From Nemertoderma westbladi (Eukaryota; Animalia; Xenacoelomorpha), in contig JAUCBJ010005609.1 of NCBI GenBank assembly GCA_032718475.1, forward strand, positions 1 to 64,000: a DNA stretch of 64,000 bases, given 5' to 3'. A model generated the notes under the pieces. That model saw only the letters and a list, made by a program, of their open reading frames with translations, did no database searches and had not been told where the DNA came from. Below, piece by piece: positions 33,684 through 48,467 of the stretch. The position numbers and the translations under genes are program-made. How positions within the stretch are numbered: the first letter of the stretch is position 1; every line of letters begins with the position of its first letter.

Positions 33684-34961
33684 ATGTTTCTTATGGCTTT
33701 ATCAGTATCAATGCAGGAAACTATAAATGTAATAGGCAACACAACGTTTGAGAGTACGGGCGGTGTAGGACAGGGTAAGCCTTCCAGCTGTCCACTATTT
33801 TGTACACACATAGACCCTACGATTACAAAAATGGATCGTTTAGGAAAGGACAGTTGGCTAGGTTCTCTTCATGGAACATTATTAATGGATGACACATGTG
33901 TATTGGCTACCTCCCGAGCAAAGTTAACTGATAAACTTAACATCCTTAAAGATGTATGCGATGAAATTGGAATGACTTTACATCCTAAAAAGTCGAAATT
34001 TCTGACCTCATCCACTCTCGATAGCGACAGAATCCCCATCTTGATAGGGAACATCACAATCTCAATTGTATCCTCATATGTCTATTTGGGATCTTTAATA
34101 TCAATTCACCCTGTAGCGGTTCAAATTGATGACGAAATTAAGATGCGTATTGGTAACTGCCACAAATTCACTTCATTCCTCGGCAAAAACTGTGACGCTC
34201 CCTTTACCGTGAAGAAGTCAGTATGGCAGGCTGCTCTCCAATCTTCGCTATTATACGGATGCGAAACATGGTTATGTAATAACATCAAACCAATTGTTTC
34301 AGTGTTTTACAGAACGCTTAAACAACTACTCTCAGTTCGATTAACAACACCAAATGATCTCGTCCTTATTGAAACTGGCACTGAACATGTCAAGAGTATT
34401 ATTAAGAATCGGCAGTTAAAGTTCCTGAGGTCATTGTCCTCACGGCCTGGATATAAAGACAGTTATCATAACTACATTATGAACGAAGCTACATCAGTAA
34501 ACTCACCAATGGGAAAATACGCCAAAGAGCTGTTAGATACGGGTCATGTCATGTCGGAACTCCAAGCTGCAAAAGATCGAACTCTTACAGCCATAACGAC
34601 AAGGTGTGTGAATTATGTGGCATACAACCCAACTCAGAAACCCCACGAATTATACTCTGATCCTAATGTACCCGAGTGGGAGAGAATCTCATTTTCAAGG
34701 ATCAGATTGAGTTCCCATCGGCTACCAATGGAGATACTCCGATGGTCTCGGATTCCGAGAGAGAATCGTAAATGCTTATGTGGTTCTACCCAATCAGATC
34801 ATCACATATTCTTTGTCTGCCCACTAACCGAAAGTATTCGCTTGGATTTCGACTTTCCACCACCATCGTCATCCCTATCCAGAGTATTTGATAACCTCGG
34901 AACCCGATCCGCATCAATTTGCCATAAAATTATTAAAGTATTAGAGCCCGCACAAGTATAA
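33684..34961 (+). mobile_element. 5'-truncated non-LTR retrotransposon ORF2 (RT C-half plus C-terminal Zn motif)
   Basis: GVGQGKPSSCPLF, LLMDDT (YADD equivalent), YVYLG, LLYGCETW, RIRLSSHRLP.E..RW.RIPRENRKCLCG...HHIFFVC; 425 aa without stops. Confidence 0.88.
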
Positions 34962-35841
34962 ATTAATAACAAGGAAGGGATTAAAATAACCGTAAATTAA
35001 TAATAAATCAAATAATTAAGTATACATCTCATTAAGTATAGCCCATTTCACGAACACGAACAAAAACGAGCGTTATGTACATATATTGAATTTTTCTTTT
35101 TTTTTTCGCATTTTTGCATTACGAAGCGGCGTATAATTGGACTTAATTTTAAGTGTGTATTGGTGGAGGGTATTATTGCATTAAACGTATGTTGCCAATG
35201 TATCAATGTGTGTGTCTCTATTGGTGAAGGGTTTGAATTACATGCGAGTTTCCATCTCAAAAATTATGTCAATAAACAACTAACTAACTAACCTATATAA
35301 TTATTATTGCTAAAATTCAGCACAGATTCCCTCTCTCTGGGTTGATTTGAGAAGGTGAATCTCCCATTATTTGAAAAGTGCATTATACTGGAAATGGAAA
35401 TATCTTGCAATGTCAAGTCTTATTATGCAAGGGATGATGTACAGTAGTATCTATATGGGGTTTGAATGACTGGTAGATGTTTATCCAGATGTTATCAAAT
35501 TTTAATTACCAGATTTCTAGCATTTGTAATTAACCTACACATTTGCTCAAAATCATCCAGCAGAACGACACAGAACAAATTAAAACTAATTTACTTTGGC
35601 TTGACTGAATCATGTATTTAATGTTTGCCAAGATATAAGTCATTAACCTCTTCCAAGGTTTTTAAAAACAACAATTATATTATTATTATAGCAGAGTACA
35701 TTTCAGTACACTTATTATCCGATTGTCAACATAAGTACTAACTAAACGTCATGCAGCTCGCATGCCGCTTAACATAGCACAGTGGGTAACCTTGTAGATA
35801 TTCCCATTTGTTGAACGTTGATGTTTGCTTACAGTCTATTG

Positions 35842-36006
35842 AAACCGCGATTTCACAAGTACCCATGGAAATATATTTTCATGGTTTATGCAGAATTTCA
35901 ACAAAATCTTTGAGCCGTTTTGCTCAAGATCAGCAATAGTCAGTCAGTCAGTAGTCATTCAGACTTTTTTCTTACAGTAACCAAGTCTTACGACTTGCTA
36001 ATAACT
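35842..36006. mobile_element. Short dispersed repeat, copy 2
   Basis: Similar to 33418-33604, with (CAGT)n and CAGTAACCAAGTCTTACGACTTGCTAATAACT. Confidence 0.5.
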
Positions 36007-37099
36007 GCTAGATATGAAATTTTGATTTAGTTCTTCCCTAAATCTATGTACTGTAATATAGTATTTGGATCAAAAATATTTGGATGTCGAATTTAAATAG
36101 TTTTAATTATTGTTTTTTTCACCTATTAAATTATGAGCTAGCGTAGAGGAGGTAGAACTATGTAAATCCAACATTTTCTTAATAAATACTGACTTAATCT
36201 TATCTATATGTTATAAATTTTCCAATCTTTTAAAGTTTCCAATGCATTAAACGATATGAATAGGAGATACAACCTTTACTGCGATTGGACACTCGTTTTA
36301 GTGACACTACAGTGTGCTAATTATTTAGTATAAAAGATTTAAATGTCCGTTTTAGTAGTGATTAATTTGTAGTTTAATTCGTTAGTTAAATACCGTATTC
36401 AAATTTGCCCTGGACCCTGGACACCATGTCCTGGAATATAGTGTCGTAATTCAATGACACGGACCCCCTCAAATTTTTATTACAAATCTTGATGAGATTG
36501 CATGAAATTTGAAACAGAAATAGTTTCATCTACCTCCTCCTTACTGGGTGAGCCAGAAGTTTTATTTTCGCTTTCAATCATTCGCTAAAAGCTTTTGAAT
36601 AAAGTGACTCCATCGATATAGCGCCAGTCGTACTGCAGAAATTCTTCAATGTTATGTAATTTGTTGGTAGCAATGGAATGGAAAGCTGACCGTGCAAATA
36701 TCCCAAATATGTAAAAATATTTGAATTTATATAATATTTGAAGTTATGGGCATTTGAATGTTGCATATATTTGCTTCCGTGTATTTGATTCTCAATTAAA
36801 TTATATTTCCTATCTCTCGTTTATTGTTTTGGTTCCTTTAAACCCGCCTCTGTAACCCGCTTCTCTACTAACCTGCCTGTAAGTAGGAGCAAGTGTAAGT
36901 GTAGGCGTGTGTAAGTATAGGCGTAGTGTTTACCACATGTCTTCAATGCGGAATTAGAAATCTTATCTTAATCTTAAAAAAAAGTTAGCAAACCTTTGTC
37001 TAATGACAGTTCCTTACTATCATAAACGCCGTATCTAACGTCACTCAATGAAATGCGTCAATCATATTGGATTCCTTAAGGACAGGACGAAAATTAGTT

Positions 37100-37345
37100 T
37101 CTCGATGTCTACGAACTGTAAACGAGGTCATATACATACACCTCCTGTACAACCCATGGTGGCCGCTTTACCAGCATCTCGTTTGACACCAATCAGGTAT
37201 CCCTTTTGTAATATTGGAATTTATTTTTTTAGTCCTTTATACGTAATTCAGAACCGAAAAACACAAGACTTGTTTACTCGTTCCGTGCATATAGAGATTA
37301 CCCACTTAATGGATACCGATTCCTTCCTAATGGCATTGCCTTGCT
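37100..37345 (+). pseudogene. Old BEL/Pao integrase remnant
   Basis: QPMVAALPASRL....PF.NIGI.FFSPLYV...TRSVHIEITHLMDTDSFLMAL matches the BEL integrase pattern, with an internal deletion. Confidence 0.7.
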
Positions 37346-39169
37346 AATTTGAATCAGCAGCTGTGATGCCTTATGTGGACATTCAAGATGACCCCCCGAG
37401 TTTAATGGGGATATTCTATACTATATGACACCAACTTTGCATTGTCACTAATTGTACGGCAGTTGATAGGTTGAGCAAAATGCGAGTTGCTAAGTTGCCG
37501 AGGTGACTCACCACTGGGAAAGTAGTAGAATTCTACAAACGGGATGATTTTTCAAAAATGAAAAGGAGGTATGGAAAGGTTGATGTAGATTCAATCTAGG
37601 ATAAAATCGTGTCTGATCATCAGAGTTATCTGTCATCTGACCAAAATAAAGTTGCTCCCATTTGGGAGTTAGTGTGGCACCTTCCCTGCCTTATTTAGGT
37701 ACAGCCAAGAAAGAGGAGCCTTCGGGTGTTTCGTGTCACACACATTTACCGCTTGCTTGCTTGTTCCTTTTAGTACTTTCCTACCCCAGTTTCTCGATCA
37801 GCAAAAGTAACTTTGCCAAATAGCGACCCTAAAAATTGTGTTTTTTGTGAAACACACTGCAATGTTTTTGGTTGAGTTTGTCATGTAAATATGATTTTAA
37901 AGGCGATATAGTAAATCAACCTACTCTATCTCAAGCTGTGATCTGTGCAAGCTCAAATATATTTCAAAATATTCTGAGGTCCTAGTGACATTTTCTACAC
38001 TAGAATGTCCCATCCTGGTGATGTTAGTGGTTGCATTGAATTCACATCTCTTTTTACTTTGAGGTGGAAATATAGCAACTTTTCAAGCCCATTGGTTGGT
38101 GTGCAGCTGGTTAAAGAATAAAGAAAGTAACGATATAGTTGAGGAAAATAAAATCCAGGGAACTGTTTCGTTACATTTTTAAGCATTATTAAACTGCGTG
38201 TATTAACCAGTGTGTACCATGCTGCTAAGGTCACTGCCAGATAGGAAATAATTCTAAATGAGTACTTCCGCTTGAGATGGATTTTCAGATAATTTCGCTT
38301 GTATGTACAAGATGAATGTATCAAGATAAATTGGATTACGCATTGGGTCACTTTATTCATGGTGTATATATGGTACAAGGATGATTGATATAATTAATAG
38401 GTTATAGCTAGCGTTGTGAAAAAACATGAATAAAATAAGAAAACAAGACTAAAATTGTACCATTATCACTGCATGTGCTCAGGAATGGAAACAATGTCAA
38501 AAAACATATGGTTAGGTCCTCCGAGCTAGTTAAAAAACAGGTTCATATTTGCATTGTTGTTTTTTGTTTTCACTTAGGATATCCCATGTTTGAGGTGATG
38601 TAACTAGGAACTATTTAAATTGAAAGGGTTTAGTAGACGGCATCGGCGGTACATTTAAATGGATTGTTATGCGATCGATTCTTTAAAGGATAAATAATAA
38701 TATTCTAAATTATCTTAAACTTGTGTGAGCAGTTTCAGGATTTAAGATTGCTCTTAAATGCCAGAGGGAGAAAACGGGCTATACACCAAGAAAGACATAA
38801 GAAAGAGAGAGAGAGAGAGAGAGCCATTCATAAGAAAGCCATATATCTATGAAAAATAAAGTTGCGTTTCGGTGCCTGAGACCCAGTATGCGGTAATGTA
38901 TGTATGAGTCTTCCCCACCTCCCCAACCCCTGGGGAATGATTTATTTCTTTCGTTTTTAATTATTTTGCCAGGAAGGTAATGATTACTGATAATATATCC
39001 AAATATTATTTTAATTCTATATGATTTTAATTCTAATCTCTCCCATTATAAACCTAGCCAACTGGTGAATTTTGTTTTTCTTTCATATATAAAATAAGAA
39101 AATTAAATTGCACTGTATGCAATAAAACATACCATTCTCAGTGCGGTACACATTAAAATAAATGTGATA

Positions 39170-40200
39170 TACCATATAGAGAAATACCATAATAGCTTAA
39201 TATGTACTTTCTGTTATGATGAGATTTTCCTAATTAGTTCAGTTCCTGAAAACGACACTAACAATTTTCATTCGAATAATATAGATACAGACGAATACTT
39301 ACTTCCAAAAAATTTTGCTGACATAAATAGTACATTCCAAAATATATAGACCCAGATCACAATCTATACATCAAATAACACAGACCGCGGTTACTTCTCT
39401 CAATCTAAAGTTAATAATCTACCAAAAAAATAAAACTTGTTTTTCAGTATTTAATATAAACTGTAGAAGTCTAAATAAAAACCTTGAAGCAACTACCGAC
39501 TACTTAAATTCACTTGATAGGCAATTTGATATCAGAACTTTTACCGAAACCTTTTTTTACAACAGATACTAATTAAATAATGAAATGAGTAAACTAGATT
39601 TATGGTTAACAGACAACCGGCTATCACTAAATTAAAAAAAAACAGAATTCTTATATTTCACCAAAAAACAGATAACACAGATAAAATAATTAAAATAAAA
39701 TAAATGAAGTAACACAAACAAGGTCTGTGGATTGTGATAATCAACTGTCATGGAAAAACCATTGCGCTTACGTACTGAAGAAAATTTCAAAATTGGTGGG
39801 CATTTTCTTCAAATGACGTCACGTTCTGCCTCAACAACTTTATTACACACTGATCCACCCGTACATTACATATGGAATCATACTGTGGGTTAATTCTTTT
39901 CCAAAATATATAAATCCATTTAAAATTAAAGCGAACAAAATAATAATCCGAGCAATTACATTTAAGCACTATCGTGAACCAGCACCCCCTATTTAGAGAC
40001 AACTAAACATACTACACTACTTATATATCAAATGTACTTAATAGAAACTGCAAAACTAATGTGGGAAATACATCACAATAGGAAACAAAACTATATAACC
40101 CTAAAGTAACACGGCTCAAAAACCTGGAATTCACTGTCAGCAAGATTAAAAAAATCTAAATCAAAGAACTCAATAGCAACCATTATAAGATTAAACTTGT
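39170..40200 (+). pseudogene. Highly decayed CR1/L2-group LINE (endonuclease and RT fragments)
   Basis: Readable motifs: ILNINCRSLNKN, FDI..FTET, NNEMSKLDLWLTDNRLSLN.KKTEFL.F, DNQLSWKNH..YV.KKISKLVGI. Confidence 0.65.
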
Positions 40201-41499
40201 CAACGAACTAATTTAATTAACAAATTAATAAAAATTGCATTTATAAACCTTCTCATAAAAAATAAAATTAAAAATAAATTAAAACAAAGTAAAACTGATA
40301 ATTTAAATTATAGTTAAATGAGTTGACTGGCTAACAACCAACCCCACCCCCCCCTCTCAACCCTTTAATTACCCCCCCCCCCCCCCACTTCAAATTACAT
40401 ATTATAATTCAAAAGTGACTGGCAACACTAGCCAAGTACTGCCGGTCACGTATTGTCTATACAAAATTAATCAGACTAACATTAAAAGATAATAAAAAGA
40501 AAAAATGCTTACTAACAGTAGGTCTACTAGTGTTAGTAAAAATGAAATGGTGATGGTGTCCCGTTCTAATCTTAAATAAAACATACGAGCCTTCGTGGCT
40601 CAATAGATTGATTAAACCCCCACCCCCCCCCCCCCCCCCCCCCCCCGCCAGTGATTTAAGCGCAATCTTAAATCTTGCACATTTCACCTGAAGAGCTAGA
40701 GAGAAAAATGAAATTTGAAGAGGGAAACTAAACATGAAAAAATATGGGTGACTTTAATACAGCTCAACGCATGATATAATATCTCACAAACACTAATGTT
40801 AACAATTATTTTAGAAATTGATTAACTAAAATCCAGGCAAACAAGTTATATTGAATGTAATCATGTATGTATTTCAACAATATCATATTTATACATTATA
40901 TATATTGAATATTTTCTAAGCTTCAATTAATATCCGTCTACACACTGTCCAAGAGTCCAGCAGGGTACTTTTTCATACGAATTTGAGGTCCAGTATCATT
41001 TGCTACACCTGAGTGATGTCTCTATTACCATTGAATCATTTCCAGCAAAATTGGTCAGACTGGAAGCACTGTGTAACTCACTGTCACTCAATGTAAGTTT
41101 CCACTTGGGTGATCTTATTAACTATAGTAGTATTCGACATGGAATATCCATGATAGTTAGTTAAGGTAAGAAAATTAATCCCGCCTACAAGGGTGGGGCT
41201 CATAACATCGGATCGGATAATTATCATGTAAGTGCGAGTCTAAAGATTATTCATGATAATTAAGTTATATTAGCACAAATACATTATGAATAAACTTCAT
41301 GTTTATTAATGTTATTATGTTGTTTTAGAAGTTGCAACTGTAAATGTTATCATTGACGTGCATTTCCCAAATACTTCTGCATTGAAATTCAGCCTTGCAG
41401 GTTAACTGATGGTGTCTGATAGGCTCTACAATCTCAACTTTTGGTTGGTAAAATTAATGCTCACAAATTTTCAGCTCAATGGCATTAAATCAGACAAAG

Positions 41500-42330
41500 T
41501 TATAACATGTCAAAATCATAATGACAACAATGACGATTGCAAAAAATTGACCCACCCACTAACAGTGTCAGTTCACCAAGTCCCCACCAACTTCATGGAT
41601 CGACCCACTGACCCACAATAATTGCCTCGAATTTGACCAATTTTGCAGAGATCATCCTCCTCCGAAATAATACTACCTTCCTTGGATTCATCGGATTCAC
41701 TGGCGTCACTATCAATATCTCGAACTCCTAGTGCTTTCCCAGCCATCATACTCAATCTTTGGGGTTTGTTAGGATGTTCAGTACAAGGTTTCTTTTTGAT
41801 TGCTCTAATCTCGGAGGTAGCTAATAAGATGGTTATTCAGAGACTGTTGAACCTCCTCTTCCATTTGAACTCAGGGCAATTTGCAAAATGCCTGGTCTTA
41901 TTAAGAGGATATTTACCAAAATTAGCATTCATTGATTCCTGAGTTGTTGTCAGTAAGAAGTCTGAGAGAGGTCACCTTTACTCATTGAATCACTCACTTA
42001 ATTATCATGACTACGCCTTGTAACTTTCCTTTGATAGGTATTCATCAAGAATTGCATATCATACCTCTTGCTCTTAAGTGGGGTAAAAAAGCACACATCA
42101 AGTTGCGTCAATATATGTGTTGCATTTGGTGGCAACACAGCAAATGATATGTCAATCTCCTCACACTTCTTTACAACCACAGGTTCACCACAAGGTGGAT
42201 CACCTTCGATCCAGGTTGGGTAAAGACATTAATGCAGTCTTGGAGATAACAAATGGTGGAATTATAGTTCCGTCAGCAGCACCACAGCACATAACACTAA
42301 ATTTTATTTTGGAAGAGTGGGTGATCCATA
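41500..42330 (-). pseudogene. pogo-type DDE_1 transposase remnant
   Basis: FSVMCCGAADGTIIPPFVI and CEE.DI.F..LPPNATH.L.QLDVCFF.PLK, followed by an acidic SDASESDES linker. Confidence 0.7.
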
Positions 42331-42717
42331 GGGATACTTCACTCCATGGCAAAACATCAACCCATGATGGTTTAGGTCGAAAGCGGCACCGCTTCCATCG
42401 CAATGACTAGGCACTCCAATGATGGGTCGGACCTATCACACTGACAATCCATCATGGAACTCCAGAAGGGAAAGAGTTCGTAGTGGAGATCCGTTAAGGG
42501 GAGTGCTGATATCCAACTATCCAATCCTGTTCAATGTTAGAGAACACCTGTTTCCTACCAACCTTCTGAAATGATACTGGATTGCTTGATGATTCACTTG
42601 GATCCAATTTTCAGTACCGTGAAACTGTAGATTTGTCTACACCAGCATTAATGATATGTTCCTCTTTGCCATACTGACGGCTTGTTGAAGATCCAAACTG
42701 ATTGTCAGTAATATGTC

Positions 42718-42922
42718 ATTTTTTAACGTTAAACATACAATATATTTTGACGATCCAAATCACTACCGTTTAAAATTAACGTTAATTTGCGTTAATTTTT
42801 AACGTTAAAAGGGCGGCCAAACTAACGTTATTTATATGTATTTTTTACGTTAATAATTAACGTTGGCATTGTCAGAAAATAACGTATATTAATGCATTAT
42901 TAACGTTAAATTGTTTGCAGGG
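42718..42922. repeat. TTAACGTTA subterminal-repeat cluster ending in GTTTGCAGGG (non-autonomous DNA transposon end)
   Basis: Multiple AACGTT palindromes followed by a CCCTGCAAAC-type terminus on the minus strand. Confidence 0.45.
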
Positions 42923-43339
42923 GTACTTGTACTACACTTGTACCCTGTACTGTACCTATTCTTACACTCGAATACATTATCCCTGGAAAGGAAGCAGCTA
43001 ATTGAAAGGTCAAATATGTGCCATTTGTTCTAGCTAGATAAACACAGTAATTGGCTGATATTAGATTACTTTACGGCTCGGCGGCAATATAGTACTTTTT
43101 GAAAGGTCAAATATGTGCTATGTACCAAGTACTGTGTACTGTACCTACATATTCTTGGTTGAATATACTGTATTTATCAATTAAGATTATTGCGCAGTTA
43201 CAAACAGCTTTGATTGATATGAACTATTTTGTTCTTGCTAAATCACAAGTGTTTTTTTCCACTGTTTTCGATTACCAGATATGAATCTCTCTTGATAATG
43301 TGTCGGAGATGGGGTAGCTCGAAAATATGTATGTAGCAA

Positions 43340-45750
43340 AAATGTTTTGACATCGTGTAAATTTTGCATTTCCCACGCCAAACTTAACCTAAGCCCATTC
43401 CCTTACACGTTGAGCCCAGTTAGCCCAACCCCTGCTGCTGGCTGAAGTACCTATGGTGGTAAGCATGTCATTGTACATGAGTCTTGTAAGCCTGTTGTTA
43501 GAAAGAGACAATATCCTAACCCAGAATTTTAACATCGAGAGCTTCCTCCAGAGAGCCAATGGAAGTACGCCAGATTCTCCATATACTGTAAAGTTGGGTG
43601 AGTTCGTTTAATGTCAATTATGTGCTTTAAAAAAACCTAACTGGACTCTCTACTGCTAGGGTGTCATGGAACCCCCAGATATCCGACCCGTAGTTCAAAA
43701 TAGGAGGGGAAATTAAGGGCGAAAATGACATGTTTGGGAAACATGCCATGTACTTATAGAGCGAGAAAAGAGCTTTACCTGCCTTTTGAGCAAGTATACA
43801 TTGTCCGCATGTGAATTTACCTGTAAAGGAGATTCCAAGATAGTTATACTGAGATACTACTTTAACTTTGTTTCCTTTATAGTACCATTCATCACTGCTG
43901 GCTACTGCACCACCTTTCCTAAATATTACCACATTTGTCTTCATATATTCGCAATATGCACCTTGATTATCAAAAGATTTATCAAGATCAACCCTAGAAG
44001 ATGAAACCAGAATGAGATCATCCGCATACAGCAGTGAAAATAGTTTAATGTGGGTTACTAGTGTTATACCTTGCACCCCACCCAGTCGCAACTCTCCCCA
44101 GATAGACACTCTCCATGCAAAACATAGTAAGTAGTCATAGACATCTGAATTCTCACCAGCCCATTTGACATCCTTTACCACACTAAATATTCTGCCGTGA
44201 AACCCAAACAAATCAACTTAACCCACAGAGTACTACGCTCTACACTATCGAATGCCTTTTGAAAGTCTACAAAACCACTAAACACCTTATCGCCATTCAC
44301 TAATTATTGGTTTATAAGCCCACTTAAGACAAACAAATGGTCAGTGGTTCTGTAACCAAATCTAAAACCAGCTTGAGCATATGTAATTGCATTGAAAGCC
44401 TCGGCCCACCATGCAATTCTAGAATTTAAGATGGAAGATAACTTCCCCAAACAACTTAAAAGCGAAATACCCCTAAAGTTATTTGTACCCGAACTGTCCT
44501 TATTCTTATAAATAGGAGTCACCAGTGCCACTGACCATTGTTTGGGAAAATGACCACTAAATATAACAGCATTGAACATGGGCGTAATTAGTGGTACTAA
44601 AGCTGATCTTCCCTCAATGAAGAATTCATTTAACAAGAGGTCCTCCCCAGGCGGGTGCCTTGTGACGTTTTAGCCTATAAATTGCGATATTAACCTTATC
44701 CTCTGTGATTGGCTGCAATAACTCATTTTCCATTAGACTTTTACTGTCTTCACAATTAATGTAAACTGGAGGGTCTATCCCTACATCTGAAAATTCCAGT
44801 GTCATAGAACAAAGATCCTGGAAGTGTTTTTCGAAATCTTCTGCAGTTAGTGTAGTTGATGGGCTGTTCGATATTTTCCCGAAACATTTTTTAATAGAGT
44901 TCAGAATTTCTATGATTCAGTTACATTTAACATTTCTAGACGCATTTAATTTTTATCACCGATATTACCCTTGTTAGTCCTACTCTTATTATTGGTCAAA
45001 TTGTTGTGAATATCCCAGGCCAGTGTGGCACTTGGTAGGCAATGTTTCGTTGGTAACATGCTGGGCTCATCCACCTTGAATTTCACACAATTCCGTAATA
45101 ATTTTACGTCCACCAACATTATTAGATCAATATTAGATTTCCCCACAACCGTTTTCGTAGCTGCATAGTAGGTGAACTTTCCATAAGGGGCGTCCTCTTC
45201 AACACATCCATTCATAATTTTCATGCCTGTCGATCAGCATAACTGTAATAAGCGTCTTCCATATGTGTTAACTACAGTGTCACAATTATTACGCGTCCTC
45301 GTTACCCCTCCCCATATAGGTAGTCTGAATCATACTCATAGTCATCTGGGAGAATGTCATCAAGGCAGCTTGTGTCGGCCTCATCGTCTTCTATATAGTC
45401 TTTTTCTAGTCCTGTTCTAGAGTTGAGATCTCAAATGAGTATAACGTCATGTGTGTTACCCAATAGTACAATACCCTCCTCAATTTTATCAAAAATTGCA
45501 ATGGTATCGGCTATCTGGGCTCTCTGTCCATCAGCCCCAACATAAACTGCACAAATAAGGATATCTTTAATCAACACCAATTTTTTACCACCTATTTCTA
45601 ACTAAACTAAGTCCTCATGTTCAGGCGCTTTAAAATGTTGTGTTGAGTTCTCTCTCAACTGCATAAATATTTTTGAAATAAACAGTTACCCCACCACTAA
45701 AGCGCCCAGCACCTGTCGATTTAGCTATCCTGTAACTGTATGTATATATT
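43340..45750 (-). pseudogene. Decayed non-LTR retrotransposon (APE endonuclease plus RT)
   Basis: GKFTY...KSNIDL (EN); FP.QW...VTPIYK...NNFRGISLLSCLGKL...QAGFR.GYRTTDHLFVL; LLYADDLIL; YNYLGI; ILNYGSDIWG. Multiple frameshifts. Confidence 0.85.
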
Positions 45751-47563
45751 GTAGGTTGTATACTTAAATACATACAGTGGGCCTAGCTTTCATTTATCTC
45801 TTATTAGGATTGCAATTTCATTGTTCAATCTCAAATGAGGGGAAATTCATGGAAACTGATTCCATATTAAAGACAGTAGTCAAACTTAAAACTATAAAAT
45901 CTTTATCCTCATAAAAATTGTTTTAAACAAAAATATAGCGATAATATGTATAAAAAATAATATCATAATTTCGAGAATCATGTCAAAGTGGAATGCAAAA
46001 AATTCTTATAGATTTAGAATCCTTAAAATGTATGAAAAATTTTTATAGATTTTTGATGGGATGATACAATATTATAAATATTCAATCCAGGTGAATTATA
46101 CCTAATGAAGTACAGGAATGGTTACAGATCATTATTTTAATTAGTTTTAATTGGGTTTCTTTATTTATTTGGCTATAGGAACCACTTGAAGTTTATTTTG
46201 AATTTGCCTCAAATTAGGCTGAATGACTGCACCAGAGGTTATGCTGCCCAAATATGTAAAGTATTAAATTACCTACCATTGTTTCGATCTCCCCGTTTTC
46301 GAAAAAGGTGTAGAAGTAAACATTGCAAAGGTTTTTATTTGTATATATTGGGTGGCAGATGATGATGGCTGCTCATTCAATTGCAGTGCCCTTAACAGTT
46401 AACAATATGGCCCGAAGGTTTGCTTTCACTGAGCAGCGGTTAGCAGTGCAAATATAGACAGGTATGTGGTTTGTCTGATATGTGCTAACCATTCTGTACA
46501 AATCCAACATCTGATACTACTTTAAATGATTCTTCACTTACTAATAGTAACCATGTCAACTTAAGATTTTTTATTACCTTTATGATAGTATGGTTGATTA
46601 ACCAATTATATTGCAATTATTTCCCATTAAGCCATTTTCATTAGTATAGTGTTCTACATTTGTGTTGTAGTTCCATGACAGGGATGGAAGACAATTGTTC
46701 AATAAAGGCAATTCCAAGTAACAAACAACAATTTCCAGCTATACCTACTATAATATCAGCAGCTTATTCAAGCATTTTATCTACACAATGGTTTAGCACA
46801 ACGGTCAGTATAATATTGAATGTCATTTTCTAAGCTACGTTATAGCAACTTCCTATCTTAAAGTGGGTGAAATCAGTTGAGTGGGTCGATAATTGCATTA
46901 TTTGTCCAATATTTTTATAACTTTACAAAAGTTGCATTTAGGTAATCAACTTACATGAAAAAATTTAGGGACCCGTGGGTCATTGGAACATGCGGTTCCA
47001 GGTTTCTGAATATTGGCCCTTCTAAACGCTATAATGTGGACTTATACATACTTAACCTGCATTTTGGAAATGACCAACTTATTATATTCCTATTGTGCTC
47101 CTGATGTTATGCTCAGCTCATTCGAACCACCATCATCAATTGAGTGGGTTTTGACACCATCAAAGCAAAGAGAAGAGTAATTAGTTCTCGAGATATTCCA
47201 CAGAATGTGTAGGCATGCTAAATACAAAATTAAAAAGTCAAATTCAACATCAATTCCGTATTAGCAATTACCTAAAAACAATACTTCCAATGATCTTAAT
47301 TAATCAAGAATAGGCGGCTTCGCCTATTATAAAAATAAAATTTTGCAACTTTTTTGAAATTGGTAAAATTCTAGAACTAGAAAATATTAATTTTTGAACA
47401 GCGATGTTTGGGGTTTCGAAACATGAATAGGCTGGAAGAGGACATTGAATTAAGTTGAAAAATAAAAACCCCATCGAATTTGGACCAAGCGTTCCGGAGT
47501 TATAGCGGATTGAAAAAAATTTCGAATGTCCGAGCGAATAAACCATTTTGAATGCCCCAGTGC

Positions 47564-47983
47564 TACTTCTACTACTAGGATCGGCATGCTCCATTGCAGC
47601 TGCATTTTAAGAATGCTGTGCCGGCTTGTCGACAAAATTGCGCCGCCACAACTCCCTATCACCCATGACATTTGCTAGATCATCCGCATCTTCAAGGCCA
47701 GTGTCCTTTAAGATGCGTCTCAAGAATGTCATGGGCTGTCCACCATGCATATTCACTCCATGCGGCTGCCAAAGCAAAAGATTATGTACTGGCTAGTCCT
47801 CACGGCGAAAGCAATGTCCTGGCAAGCGGAGGCGGCTTTGTTCTAGTGTCAAGCTTGGGGGAAACAATGAGACACCTCCAATGCTATGTAGTGTCTGGTT
47901 GGAGATGTGTGCATTGTAATTGACATAGTGAACCCGGCGTAGCATTCTTGTGAATGTGCCATCCAGAGATTTAGTGTCCTCAG
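47564..47983 (-). mobile_element. Second 5'-truncated copy of the RTE-like LINE at 14614-15110
   Basis: Near-identical sequence on the minus strand (EDTKSLDGTFTRMLRRVH...), (CTA)n tail on the + strand, and CAGTGC at both flanks. Confidence 0.85.
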
Positions 47984-48230
47984 TGCAGTGAACTGATAAA
48001 GAACTGAGAAGACTAATCAATTAACTGAGAAGACTAATCAGCTAATTTTTACATTTCAAACTGAAATGTTAGCTTATGGAGAATCATATGAGAGTGAGTA
48101 AACAACATACAGCCTTATAATCTTGGCAAGGTAACTCATCTCCACAGTAATGTTGGCGCAAAGATTTCTAAATACAAATATCAGCCGCTTTCCGTAAATG
48201 CATTATAGAGACGCAACACATGCAGCTTGG

Positions 48231-48467
48231 TGTTAGACAGGGGTAATTACCGCGGTCGAGGGTGGGGTGTGTTTATCAGGGGCTATAAGAGGAAGGTACT
48301 GTGGTGTAGTCGCCAAGTATACCGTCTGTAGTGTACGTTCGATTGTCTTGTCGTAGCGTTGGGGGGTCTCAACTGGTACTACTGGTACCAGCATATAGTC
48401 GCACAGATAAAGCACTTTACTATTGCTATAGTTAAATAAATTGTATATTGTAGTGGCGAATCTAACA
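48231..48467 (+). mobile_element. Candidate solo LTR (237 bp)
   Basis: TGTTAGA...TCTAACA 7-bp inverted termini, internal TATAAG (~48284) and AATAAA (~48435), GC-richer than its flanks. The flanks CTTGG/CTAGC are only a partial TSD match. Confidence 0.5.
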
